20,000 nucleotides of DNA, taken from the NCBI RefSeq assembly GCF_000181795.1, contig NW_003526948.1, forward strand, positions 314,085-334,084. The letters run 5' to 3'. The DNA comes from Trichinella spiralis. Its lineage: Eukaryota. Shown here one piece after another: positions 9,392 through 19,329 of this stretch (position 1 is its first letter; each line of letters starts with the position of its first letter). The notes under the pieces are model-generated. The model was not told the origin of the DNA and ran no database searches. It saw only the letters and a program-made list of their open reading frames with translations. The position numbers were made by a program, and so were the translations under genes.

Positions 9392-12300
9392 TCGGTGCAG
9401 TGATTTGAATATATTCTGTACGTTGGTTTGTTTCAGGAATTGGAATTTCATGGTGTGATGAGATTCTATTTTCAAGATTCGGGCCAAAAAATGGCCACGA
9501 AATGCATCCGAGTTTCCAGTACGGCCACCACCAGGGCAGTTATAGAGGCTTTGATTGAAAAATTCCACGCCGATCTGCGGCTTCTGTCCACGCCGAGCTA
9601 TTCACTTTGGGAAGTGCACGAGAACGGTGAAAAGCGGAAATTGCTTGCCGACGAAAAGCCGCTTCTTGTTCAACTGAATTGGCACAAGGATGATCGTGAG
9701 GGTCGGTTTTTGTTGCAGATGGACAAAGCTGACCAACAGCCCAACATGCTTCCAGTGGAGGCGATTGAAAATGGTACCACCAGCATGAGGAGAAAATTGT
9801 CGAAACGTGAATCGAAAAAGTTGGAAAAGCAGCAAAAAATGAACCAAATTCGAGAAGCTGAAGATGTGACAAAATTACTGTACTCGGCTGTGCCGAATAC
9901 AAATTTTACCCGGACAATTTCGAATCCAGAAATTGTGATGAAAAAGCGTCGAGAAAGGAAGCTTGAACAAAAATTGAAAGATCTCGGCGAAGGTATGCCA
10001 ATAATGCTGAGCTTGTTTGTTTGTTTATTTGTTTGTTTGTTGTGTGATCCAGGTGGAAGTTTGAAAATTTATGGTGAAGACTTGAGCGAAACAAAACCTT
10101 ACGTAACGTTGTTGCTGTCGTTGCGTGATCGTGCTGACAAAGTTGTCAGAGAGACGTTGGAAAAGTACGGATTGGACAGGCATTGTTCGGATGAATTTTG
10201 CCTGGTTCAGCTTTGTACCAATGAGCAGGGGGACATTTTTGAGCGTATCCTTGACAAAGATGACTGTCCGTTGTTGATCCTTGCCCAAGAAGGAAATGAA
10301 AGTAAGCATTTGAAAGCAGTTGTTAATTATTCTGCTTATACATTTTTCTCGTTGGTGGGATACTCGTTGAAGAGTTTGCTAGGCTCTTTTGAAATTCAAA
10401 GACCAAGGATTATAATATGCAAGTTTGTTCTTTTGAAAATTATACTCTTTTATCGTTCTCTTTCCATTGATTCTCCTTCTCCAATGACGGTTTCATTTCT
10501 CCAATTTTTCTTTCAAATTGTTCTTTTTATTTTTATTTATTGAAGTTCAATTGCGCATGACATGACTGCAATTCAGCTTTTCTTCAACTTAAGATGAACT
10601 AATAGCATTCATTATTTATCAATGGGATCATTTTCAGCCGTTGCCCACGGCTGCATTGTTCTGTTCTTCTTCAAACTGTTCAAAGTTAACGTAATTTATT
10701 TTTCCAATTCCAGTCATATATTTATTTGCATATATTTACTTTTCACTAGTAATTCTATTAAATAAGCAAGAAAAGAAAATAGCCCATGGGATGTACGGGC
10801 CAATGAATATGTTGTTGGTGGTGATTGTTTTTTATTATTAAAAAATTTTTTTTCCATACATTAGGCAATTGTGTGACGTTTCACGTGCGAAGAAAGCCGT
10901 CGACTTTGTCCCGTTCAACTGTTGGCTTCACTGGTGCAGCCGGTCGAATTGCCGACGGTCCACGTCCACCAGCACAGCCGGAGCAGCACAACAACAAGCT
11001 GGATACGTTGCCTTACTTGCTTGAAATCAATCCAGGTAAAACGACCACCATCGACGACCAAAAAGCTAATATTTGCACAAATGCTTTATGAAGGCATATG
11101 GTTTTTATTATTTTATTTCTTTCTTTTTTGTGTCAGACGGAAGTGAACCAGCTGGGGCTAGTCGGATATTTGTCATCAGGCCCAACGTTACTGAAGTTGG
11201 CTCGGACCGCACTTTCACCAAGCCAGGCGTCCAAGCACTATGCGTAAATAAAAGAGAAATTCTCTTCTATTTAAAAATGTTCATTCATCATCATGTGTGA
11301 AGAATTTTTTTTTGTTTTTTGCTGCTTTTCAGCTTTACGGACCGCATGTGCATCCCAGGCACTGTGTCATTGCTTTCATGGATGGTTTGACCACGCTGAC
11401 GCCGTGCGATGCGACGGCCGAAATTACTGTCGACGATGTATCCATAACTGAAACGACCATTTTAAAGCAAAACAATTTGATACGAATCGGTGGAATTCAT
11501 CTTTTTCGATTTTATGAAACTGGTGGTGAAGTATGTGCAATGCTATGCTATTCATATTATATTTCATGTTTGTGCTTGTTTATTTTTTAGAATATGAATA
11601 GCGTTCATGCAGAAGCTTTCATGAAACCGAACAACAACAACAACAGTATTAATGATAATAATGCTTCTTACGGTTCTGTAATTGGATCTGGTCGGTAAGT
11701 TTTGTTTATTAATTCTTTTTTTTGATCTGCATATGTTCAATTTGGTTTTCGAAAATCTAGTGAAAACAAGAAGTTATAAATAATTCAATTGAAGACTCTT
11801 CTTTTTATCTTTTACTTTCGCCATTTCAAACTGCCATTTCCTCTGTGATTTACGTCATCTGTGCCAAAGTAATTGTCTTCATCATTTAATTTATTGATTA
11901 ATAATTTCTCTTTGACTATTCCCTTGAGATAAGATTAGTTAGTCAGTGGTGATTTAGCTGAAAAATTGAAATATTGCTGCCCATTTTTGCGTAAATTTTT
12001 AGCTAAAATTGAAAATTACGACGTGTTTCATCTTTCAAATAACTTCTATGATTAAATTGAAATTAATAATGTGAATTTTTGTAGAAATAAATTTTATTCT
12101 CATTTCACAAAAGCAGATCCACTGCGGTGTTTAATTATGACGCCAAAAATTATTCGCTGTGCATTATTTAAAGCTGCCAACGGTAAGGTTGTCATCCACA
12201 GTGGTGATGACCTTTTGACCTCTGGCAGTAAGCCAACTGGAGAGGACTGTAATTTTTAATGCTTCACCAAGGCCTTTTTTTTCCACTCCTCTTCTATTGT

Positions 12301-15300
12301 TACTGGCATTTGTCCTCCGGGTGAGATAGTCTGAACATATAGATGATGGCATTTTATTTATGCTGTGGCATCTCAAATTGCCGACTTTTCCATTGTTACC
12401 ATTCAGTAATGATTATTGTTCAGTCGTTCGATTTCACCTGCTGTTTCTCAACTGATCAAGCATTTCAATTGGCCATTGTGCATTTTTTTTTCAAATCATT
12501 GCTTTGAAAGTGGTCGTTGAAAAGGATAATGTCCACGACCAAATATTGTACAGAAACGAAATGTTTTTCTTTTCTTTTTTAATGATTGTCAAGTACAATT
12601 TTTTTGAACTGTAAATTATCATAACGAATTTCGTACTAAAATGACGTAACAGATCCTATCAAGTTATTATTAGATTCAACTGTGAATTGATAATGGTGAA
12701 ATCATATTTTTATTATAAATATACTGTTGTCGTGCGTGGTAGTTGTTCAGCAGAGTGCCGAGGAGGGGTTGGAGGAGGAGGAGGAGGAGTAAAATAATTT
12801 GTAAAAGTGGGCTGGTGCATTAAAAACGAATTCGCTTCACAAACTGCCGCTTTGTATGCGCATTGTAAATTGAGCTGAGAGAAGGGAAAATTACTGTTTA
12901 CCTTGAAATTCTCTACTCGGGTTGCAATTTTTCAGCTGTTCAGCATTGCGCATACTGCTTCAACAGGAGGATTTTTGCTTTGCTGTTGTTTTTTGTTTTG
13001 TTTTTATTGATTTGGCAAATTGTAATAGTACTGTGTGTGTGTGTGTGCGGGTGATGAGATGAAACTGAGAACACTTTTTAGCGCTGCTGATTCCAACATT
13101 AACGGCATGGAACGAATTTTACATGCCGCCGGTGGCATGTCGCCAAGAGCACAAGAACTGGCGACCAACGCGAAATTTCTCGCCCGTACTTCTTCCAACT
13201 TGGAAGATGTGATTCCAGCTTTGTTTGAATTTTCCAACAACAGTATGTTGGTTTGTTTTCTCGATCGTTGTTATTGCTCCTTATTATTTTTTCTGATTGT
13301 ATTTTTGCTGTTGAATTTTCAGTTGAAGATGATTTACTCAAAGCGATCATTGGCGAGCTGATTCCGTCGAACGTTTCATTCAAGCTCACGCCAGCTTACA
13401 TGCTGTACATGTGCTGTCGGTACCGAATTGTGAGACATTTGGATGTTGGTCGATCGTGGAACGCTTGTTCTTCATCGTTGAACTGCTTTTTAACCAAAAC
13501 TTCCAGAATGATCAGCGAAACTGTGCAGGTATGAAAAATGAGATGTGTGATATTTTTTGAATAAAGAATAAAATTTGACAAAAAAAACAACAATTTCCAG
13601 GCTCATTGCCAAGATGCTGGTGCGTTGGCATTTTGGATGTCGAACTTGGCTGAAGCGTTGAATTTTTTGAAATTGGACGTCGATTTAGCAGCTTGTTCAT
13701 CTCCAGAACCGCAAGGATCAATGGCGGATTTGATTCAAAAAGCATTCGATCATTTGACCGTGTGTTTGAAACAAGATCTGCACACTGCGATGCCACCAAT
13801 TTTGGATCCACAAGCGTTAGATCAAGCAGCCACTGGTAAAATATTGTCATTGTTGTTGATATCATTGTTTTAATGATGATTTTTTTTAATCTTCAGAGCC
13901 ATGTTTACATGTGCTGAACTGTGTGATGAATTTGTTGCGAGTGAATCGTGTCAACGCCGCTTTAACAATACAATTATTTTCACAACTCTTCCACTATATT
14001 AACATGTATTTGTTCAACTGGTTGATCAGTTCCGAAGGTAGTGTATATTGCTGTCGTCGTTGGGGTATCAAATTGCGAAGCCGTCTGTCCTATGTACTTG
14101 CCTGGGCTGAAAAGCAAGGCTTGGAATTAGCAGCCGAATGTCGTCTAGTTCGAATATTGGAGGTCTTTGTTTTATTCTATTTTTATTATTTCGTCAAGAT
14201 CAATGAGTGAATGATTCACTTTTGCAGGCTTCGCAACTTTTGCAATTGGATTTCAAACGTGGCTTTACGAAATTGAACAGCTTGCAAACGGCATCTCTTC
14301 TCGAACGCTACATACCCGAAGCTGATGAACCTCCGTTGGACCGTGAAACGGTTACGGCCCTGATTCAGGTAGTTGGTTAATTTCAAATTTATTACTTGCC
14401 TGGTTTCGGTCAACTTGGCGGCTATCAAAACTGACAAGCAACCAAGCTGTTCAAATAAATAGATGGAAATATAAGTTGACTAGGAGTGGAAAATTGCCCT
14501 CCCAGTGGAACATGATTGATTTTCTGACGTTGAGGATGCTGACGACTTCTTCTTCTTCTTCTTCTTATTGCTTCTTTCTTCTGTCGTCATCTGACGACGA
14601 CGGTTCCTTTCTTCTTGTGAAATTTTAGCGTGGAAAAAGAGAGAATCACTATTATTTTTTATTTTGTTGTTTTTGTTTATTCGTTATTGGTTTAAACTAT
14701 TTTATTGTGAATTTCAATTTTAAGTTTGCCGAACGTGAGGTTGATCGATGCCAAAGCTACGAGCATGTACCATTGCAGCTGGAAGAGGAAATTGACTTGC
14801 TCTTGCCATTTCTGATACCAGACGACGGTTATTCTCCTGAAATGGTGCGTGGCATTCCGGCAGGTTTGCAAGACTTTGCCAACAGTCTTGCTCAACGAGG
14901 TACGTGCTTGGGTCAAATTTGCACTTTCACTTTCTATTTCATTATTCATTTTTTCATATTCAAATTGATAACAGTAATGAAATGTTAATAAAAATAAGGA
15001 AACTTTTCATTTTACGTAATATATATTCTGTAATGTATTTTATTTTGTATACTTTGTTCAATCTTTCATATATGTAATTGTAATTGAAATGTCACAATTT
15101 TTATTTTATTTTATTTTTTTTGAATAAATGTCAATATTCATTTATTGATAAACAATATTTTATTTGTATTTCATTTGTAATTGTTTGAAATGTATTGGGT
15201 ATGAAAAATGTTGACTGATTGTTGATCTTCTTTGTTGAATTTTTTTTCTTGCAATTGAATTCATTTCCTCAGTGGAAGTTGTGAATGCTTATCCAAATTA

Positions 15301-15412
15301 TATATTATTATTTTGTTTGATTTTTTTAGGCTTTGGACAGTTGCTAATTCAGCCTACTTCATCCGGATCATGGGCTGTTCACTTCAGCGGAGACAGTTTA
15401 TTCGACATTCCA
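7307..15412 (+). CDS. afd-1: Afadin (AF-6/canoe), first 14 exons, 922 codons: RA1, RA2, FHA, DIL; continues 3'
   Basis: Spliced translation matches afadin throughout: WNASRLDLF, LEFHGVMRFYFQD, ATKCIRVSSTATT, EKPLLVQLNWHKDDREGRF, FTRTISNPE, GGSLKIYG, PYVTLLLS, LPYLLEINPDGS, FKLTPAYMLYM, ALAFWMSN, RVNAALTIQLFSQLFHYIN, WAEKQGLELAAECRL, KLNSLQ, QLEEEIDLLLPFLIPDDGYS. All 13 introns are GT-AG and phase-consistent; total 2766 nt. Confidence 0.96.
8315..8380. repeat. Compound microsatellite (TAT)n(TAG)n in afadin intron 1
   Basis: Directly visible; about 11 copies of each unit. Confidence 0.95.
9335..9389. repeat. (TA)n microsatellite, about 27 units
   Basis: Directly visible; ends about 47 nt upstream of afadin exon 2. 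Confidence 0.97.
9437..9992 (+). CDS. afd-1: Afadin exon 2 (RA1 domain and linker)
   Basis: Acceptor gtttcag ending at 9436, donor gtatgc at 9993. Confidence 0.95.
10053..10301 (+). CDS. afd-1: Afadin exon 3 (RA2 domain)
   Basis: Acceptor atccag ending at 10052, donor gtaagc at 10302. Encodes GGSLKIYGEDLSETKPYVTLLLS. Confidence 0.92.
10865..11035 (+). CDS. afd-1: Afadin exon 4 (end of RA2, start of FHA region)
   Basis: Acceptor cattag ending at 10864, donor gtaaaa at 11036. Encodes VTFHVRRKP...LPYLLEINP. Confidence 0.9.
11137..11243 (+). CDS. afd-1: Afadin exon 5 (FHA region)
   Basis: Acceptor tgtcag ending at 11136, donor gtaaat at 11244. Encodes DGSEP...VTEVGSD. Confidence 0.88.
11333..11530 (+). 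CDS. afd-1: Afadin exon 6 (FHA domain)
   Basis: Acceptor ttttcag ending at 11332, donor gtatgt at 11531. Encodes LYGPHVHPRHC...IRIGGIHLFRF. Confidence 0.92.
11591..11694 (+). CDS. afd-1: Afadin exon 7 (Asn-rich linker)
   Basis: Acceptor ttttttag ending at 11590, perfect donor gtaagt at 11695. Phases 0/2 bridge exons 6 and 8. Confidence 0.8.
13082..13242 (+). CDS. afd-1: Afadin exon 8 (linker into DIL region, ...DVIPALFEF)
   Basis: Acceptor ctttttag ending at 13081, donor gtatgt at 13243. Confidence 0.85.
13323..13528 (+). CDS. afd-1: Afadin exon 9 (DIL region)
   Basis: Acceptor ttttcag ending at 13322, donor gtatga at 13529. Encodes EDDLLKAII...FKLTPAYMLYMCCRY. Confidence 0.92.
13601..13835 (+). 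CDS. afd-1: Afadin exon 10 (DIL region)
   Basis: Acceptor tttccag ending at 13600, donor gtaaaa at 13836. Encodes AGALAFWMSNLAEALNFLKLD. Confidence 0.92.
13897..14162 (+). CDS. afd-1: Afadin exon 11 (DIL domain core)
   Basis: Acceptor cttcag ending at 13896, weak donor gtcttt at 14163. Encodes RVNAALTIQLFSQLFHYIN...WAEKQGLELAAECRL. Confidence 0.92.
14228..14368 (+). CDS. afd-1: Afadin exon 12 (DIL domain; not in the ORF track)
   Basis: Acceptor ttttgcag ending at 14227, donor gtagtt at 14369. Encodes ASQLLQLDFKRGFTKLNSLQTASLLERYIPEADEPPLD. Confidence 0.9.
14546..14566. repeat. (CTT)7 microsatellite
   Basis: Directly visible. Confidence 0.9.
14725..14899 (+). CDS. afd-1: Afadin exon 13
   Basis: Acceptor ttttaag ending at 14724, donor gtacgt at 14900. 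Encodes QLEEEIDLLLPFLIPDDGYSPEMVRGIPAGLQDF. Confidence 0.9.
15330..15412 (+). CDS. afd-1: Afadin exon 14 (GFGQLLIQPTSSGSWAVHFSGDSLFDIP)
   Basis: Acceptor tttttttag ending at 15329, donor gtaagt at 15413. Matches the afadin G-W-V-F motif that precedes the PDZ linker. Confidence 0.9.
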
Positions 15413-17352
15413 GTAAGTAGATATGCACTCATTTTTATTCATTAACTTCGTACAATTTGCATAATAGTTACTTTTTATTTGCATACATTGTTGAAGGATA
15501 ATTTAATTAAATTGTAAATTTGCATATTTGAGTAATGAAGGAGAATGTACATTTCTAACCCAAAAGGAGAAACATTTTCGAAAGAATAAAGCGAATAATA
15601 ATGATAATAATATATCAGTTGGCAAGAGAATTAATTGTTGATCAGCTTTCATCTGTTATTTGCTACTGAGTTGGATGGATGACGGAGAGTGAGATAATTT
15701 TTGCTTAATCTGCACTGAAATGTATAATTTCGTTTCATCGTTTCAATTGGAATGTTTTATCAAATGGGTGATGTTCTTACTTTTATTTTATCAAGGGAAA
15801 TGTGCATTTTTGCTCCCCCTTGTTGTCGATTTACCGAAACATTTTAAAAATTTTTAAATGAGAAAGTGATAAGAAAATTGCATTAACATGTTTATTGTCT
15901 TGATATTAGTTAGCATATTTAAAATTGCAAATTAATTGACAAATGTTCCATTAGACATTGACAATTAGTCTCAGCTAATGTGGAACATTTTCCATCCGAA
16001 AGCATTGCCTCGAACAGAAAAGCACAAAGTGCAAATTTCCACTATTTGCTTGATATGTTCAGTTCAAGCGTGAGATACTTGTTGGAAAGGATTATTATTA
16101 TCATTTTCTGATTGTACAGTAGCACCGTTTAACAATTTAAGCCAGTTTGAATTGCACAACAAATTAGCTAATTCATATTATTCTTTTTCTTTCATCAATT
16201 GCACTGCACCAACTGAAATTATCAATACGTGACCAATGAGAGAGATAGAGAGAGGAGAGGGCGCGCGTGTGTGTATGGAAATTTTGCAATAATTGTAATA
16301 ATTATGCAATGAATATTTTCATTGCGAAAAGATGATTTTATAGTGACAGAGGGCTTTCATGGAAATTTTATTATTGATTGTTCGATTCACTTATTTATAC
16401 GAGCAACAGAGAAGAAAAAAGTAAAAAAAGAAGAAATCAATATGATTATTCCTATTGTGGCAGCTGTTGAATGAATGGGAAATTTAAAAGGTTTTTTTTT
16501 AAATAAATGATCCAAGATGGGTGAAATGGATATTTTTGAAAGAAAACAAAAAAGTAATTAAAATTGAAAGCAAATTTATAAATAATTTACAGAGAATGAA
16601 TGAACAGACTAGCTTTTAGCAAGCCGGTCGGTTGTTGCCGGTTGCCAGTTGTGAGAGGATCTTTGACGTTATTTATTGTTAGCCGTGTGTGTGTGTGTGC
16701 ATTGCTGCAATGTTTGCAAAAATGCTTGTCGCGCGATTGGTGGGAAGTTTTATTTTCCACAATTGCCAGCTTTTGGCAGACGGCATTCTGTTGACGTTGT
16801 TGTTGGCTTTGCAGTGGATAAAATGTGGGCTTTTGATGGTGATTCGTATCCTGACTGACCGATCGTGTGACGACGTTCCGGCAGCGACGCTTTTGCTCTT
16901 TAGCTGAGCAACTTTGCCAAAGCTTGTCGGCACTCAGTTTTATCGATCCATTGGCCAGTGCTGCGGCGTTGCGCGAAAACCAGAACCAATAATATATATA
17001 AAGTGCACACTAGCGCTGTTTCACTGTGCATGCGTGTGCCTGTGTGCGTGGATGTGTATGTTTATGTGTATAAGTTTGGTGTATTTGATGAGTGCCGTGA
17101 GTATTGAAGATTTTCTGCTTCACTTAATTGAACGCTCAAAGAAATCCGCCTCCAAGTCGGCTAAATTTGACCCAGGTTTTCTCTTCAGGCTGAGTTGAGT
17201 AAATTTCACCAACATCTCCATCATCTGAACTATATAAAATCTACTATATTATATTGTTGCCTTCATTATTATTTCAACTTTGAAGATTATTGTTTTTTCT
17301 TTGCTTTCACTTTCATTTATTTCTTCACTACTGTTGCTTCTGCCAATCTCAG

Positions 17353-17508
17353 CAGTATCATAAAATGCACAACAATAATCTGACGTCGATGATGATGAAC
17401 AATAGCGGCGACCTAGCAGCGCACAACAGGAAAGCTTTTACCGGCACTAGGTTGATTGAAAAAATGGGTGCCATACCAACACCTCTGCTTTTGCTGCAAA
17501 AACGGCAG
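17353..17508 (+). CDS. Candidate afadin exon (cassette or alternative first exon), 52 codons
   Basis: Tandem acceptor ctCAGCAG and strong donor cag|GTGAGC. 156 nt, phase 0-0, open in the frame required after exon 14. No recognisable domain. Confidence 0.5.
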
Positions 17509-17785
17509 GTGAGCACCGTCTTCATAGCATACACGCATCTGCTGCATTGTGTTTTTTGATTCTTTAATTTTATTCGAAACTTTTAGATTTTGTAAAATAA
17601 TATTAATTTCAACAAAATTAATGAATTGCATATTCACCAATTCTATATTAATCCTTCTTGCATTGTGTTGTTGGTGCTTTCATCAATATAAATTGAAATA
17701 ATCTTATTATTTGAAGTTATTTTTACCGCAATAGGTGATTGTAATAGTTGTTTCACTTTTCAGTTATTACTTTTATAAATTTAAT

Positions 17786-17797
17786 TCATCATCATCA

Positions 17798-17830
<33 letters not shown>
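17786..17830. repeat. Compound microsatellite (TCA)n(TTA)n
   Basis: Directly visible. Confidence 0.9.
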
Positions 17831-17831
<1 letters not shown>

Positions 17832-18256
17832 TCATGTGATGGTTTTGTATTTCAAAGGTAGAGAAATCTTCTTTTCAAAAGTATTCTCTTCTATACTTTT
17901 CATTATTGCTCCAATGCTGAGAATGGTCAAATTGAATTGATTTGGATCTGAATTATATATTTTATTGTTTCTTATATTCAAATTAAGTTATATTAATGAA
18001 TGAATGTGTTTATTGATTATTTTTTTAAAAATATTGGTTAAATTCTTCTCTACGGGCATCTTTGTTTGTTTCGACGAACTTTCACTATTTAGAATCTCGA
18101 CGTTTTTGCTAAATTACTGGTGACGTTTTCTGCTTTTGAACATCGAATTCAATTTGCAAATTTTTCTTGTTGAAAAGAAATGAAATGAAATACAGTCAGT
18201 CTTTTTCGCCGTTTGAAAAAGCAATAGGAGGAAGGACATGCTGTTAACACATCCTC

Positions 18257-18297
18257 TCCCTCCCTCCCTCCCTCCCTCCCTCCCTCCCTCCCTCCCT
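18257..18297. repeat. (TCCC)n microsatellite running into the assembly gap
   Basis: About 10 units, truncated by the N run. Confidence 0.95.
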
Positions 18298-18307
18298 NNN
18301 NNNNNNN
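18298..18307. other. Assembly gap (10 N)
   Basis: N run. Confidence 1.
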
Positions 18308-19278
18308 AAAATTTTTTTTTAAAAAAAAAATTCCAAAAAAAAAAAGGCCACCTTTCCCCCCCCGAGGATTGGAAGGAAAAACGAAAATATTCTCCCCCCC
18401 CCCCTTCAGGTTTTTTTCAGGGAAAAGGGGAAATTTTTCCCCTTCCTTTGTAGACAAAGGAAAAAATGCAAAATTTTCCCCCCCTCTCTGGTGGGGCAGG
18501 ACAAAACCGCACATTCTCCCCCTCCCCTTGGGAGGGGGGGAAAAACCATTAAAACTCCCCCCCCCATTGGAGGCCGGGGGGAAACAAATTAAATTCTCCC
18601 CCCCTTTTTTCAGCGGGGAAAAGCTTAGGCTTTCCCCACTAAAAGGAAAGGAGGAGCCGTGCGTTCTGCCTCCCCAAAGAGCAAGGAAAGAGTTTCCACT
18701 TTCCCTTGTATAAGGGAAGGGGAGCTTCACGCTCCGAGGATGGGGGCCCATTTTTGGTCTCTCCATCCTCCGCCTGCATTAAATATTTCAAGTCCCATTT
18801 CCGGCATGTTTGCCATTTCGCAGAACTCATTTATGCCAGACTTTATCTGTTTGTTTGTATTACATTGCACATTTATCGTTTTTTTGAAAAATAAAATTTT
18901 TCATTAATAAAGAAATGTTGTTGTTGTTGTTGCATTGTTCTTGGTTTATATTAAAAGAAAAAAATTTTTTTTCTTACTTTTAAATAGATTATTAATTTAC
19001 ATGTATTACGTGTATTATTTGATTTTTCCCCCATTTTAACTGTTTTGTTTTTGTTCCTATAAACTAATTAATATTGCTGGCTGGCAACTAGTAATGGCAA
19101 ACATGATTTTCCCCTTTTTAACTAATCCTACATGAGCATCATCGCTAAGAAATAACGCAGTATTGGTCTTTTGTTACGTCTGTGTATTGTGTCTTTGTAT
19201 TTTTTTTGTAATGAAGAAGCTTTCCACACTCGACATCGTCAAATCGTATCTTCTCCAACGTGCCAATACTTACCTCAC

Positions 19279-19329
19279 TTGACCAACGAACGCAATTGAC
19301 CAACGAACGCAACTGACCAACAAACGATT
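19279..19329. repeat. 17-bp tandem repeat TTGACCAACGAACGCAA, two perfect copies and one degenerate copy
   Basis: 19279-19295 and 19296-19312 are identical; 19313-19329 is CTGACCAACAAACGATT. Confidence 0.85.

Noticed and set aside
10302..10543. Hydrophobic C-terminal ~80 aa of the 371-aa ORF 9428..10543
   Set aside because: This is read-through into intron 3 past a consensus GTAAGC donor; afadin homology resumes in phase at 10865.
12204..12334. Possible intronic C/D snoRNA (GTGATGA ... CTGA)
   Set aside because: There is no terminal stem, and the short rRNA-like complement (CCGGGTGAG) is not adjacent to the D box.
48..15412. PIP5K, SLC7 and afadin as a functional cluster or operon
   Set aside because: All are on +, and PIP5K and afadin both have junction roles, but the intergenic gaps exceed 2 kb and nothing in the sequence shows co-transcription.
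18149..18766. 205-aa and overlapping G/P/F/K-rich ORFs
   Set aside because: They span the N gap and the homopolymer-rich, low-quality sequence.
19266..19275. ATACTTACCT resembling the 5' end of U1 snRNA
   Set aside because: The downstream sequence lacks the U1 stem-loops and Sm site; it is better explained as a minus-strand donor or chance.
19279..19329. Direct repeats as a CRISPR-like array
   Set aside because: The units are contiguous with no spacers, and the context is eukaryotic.
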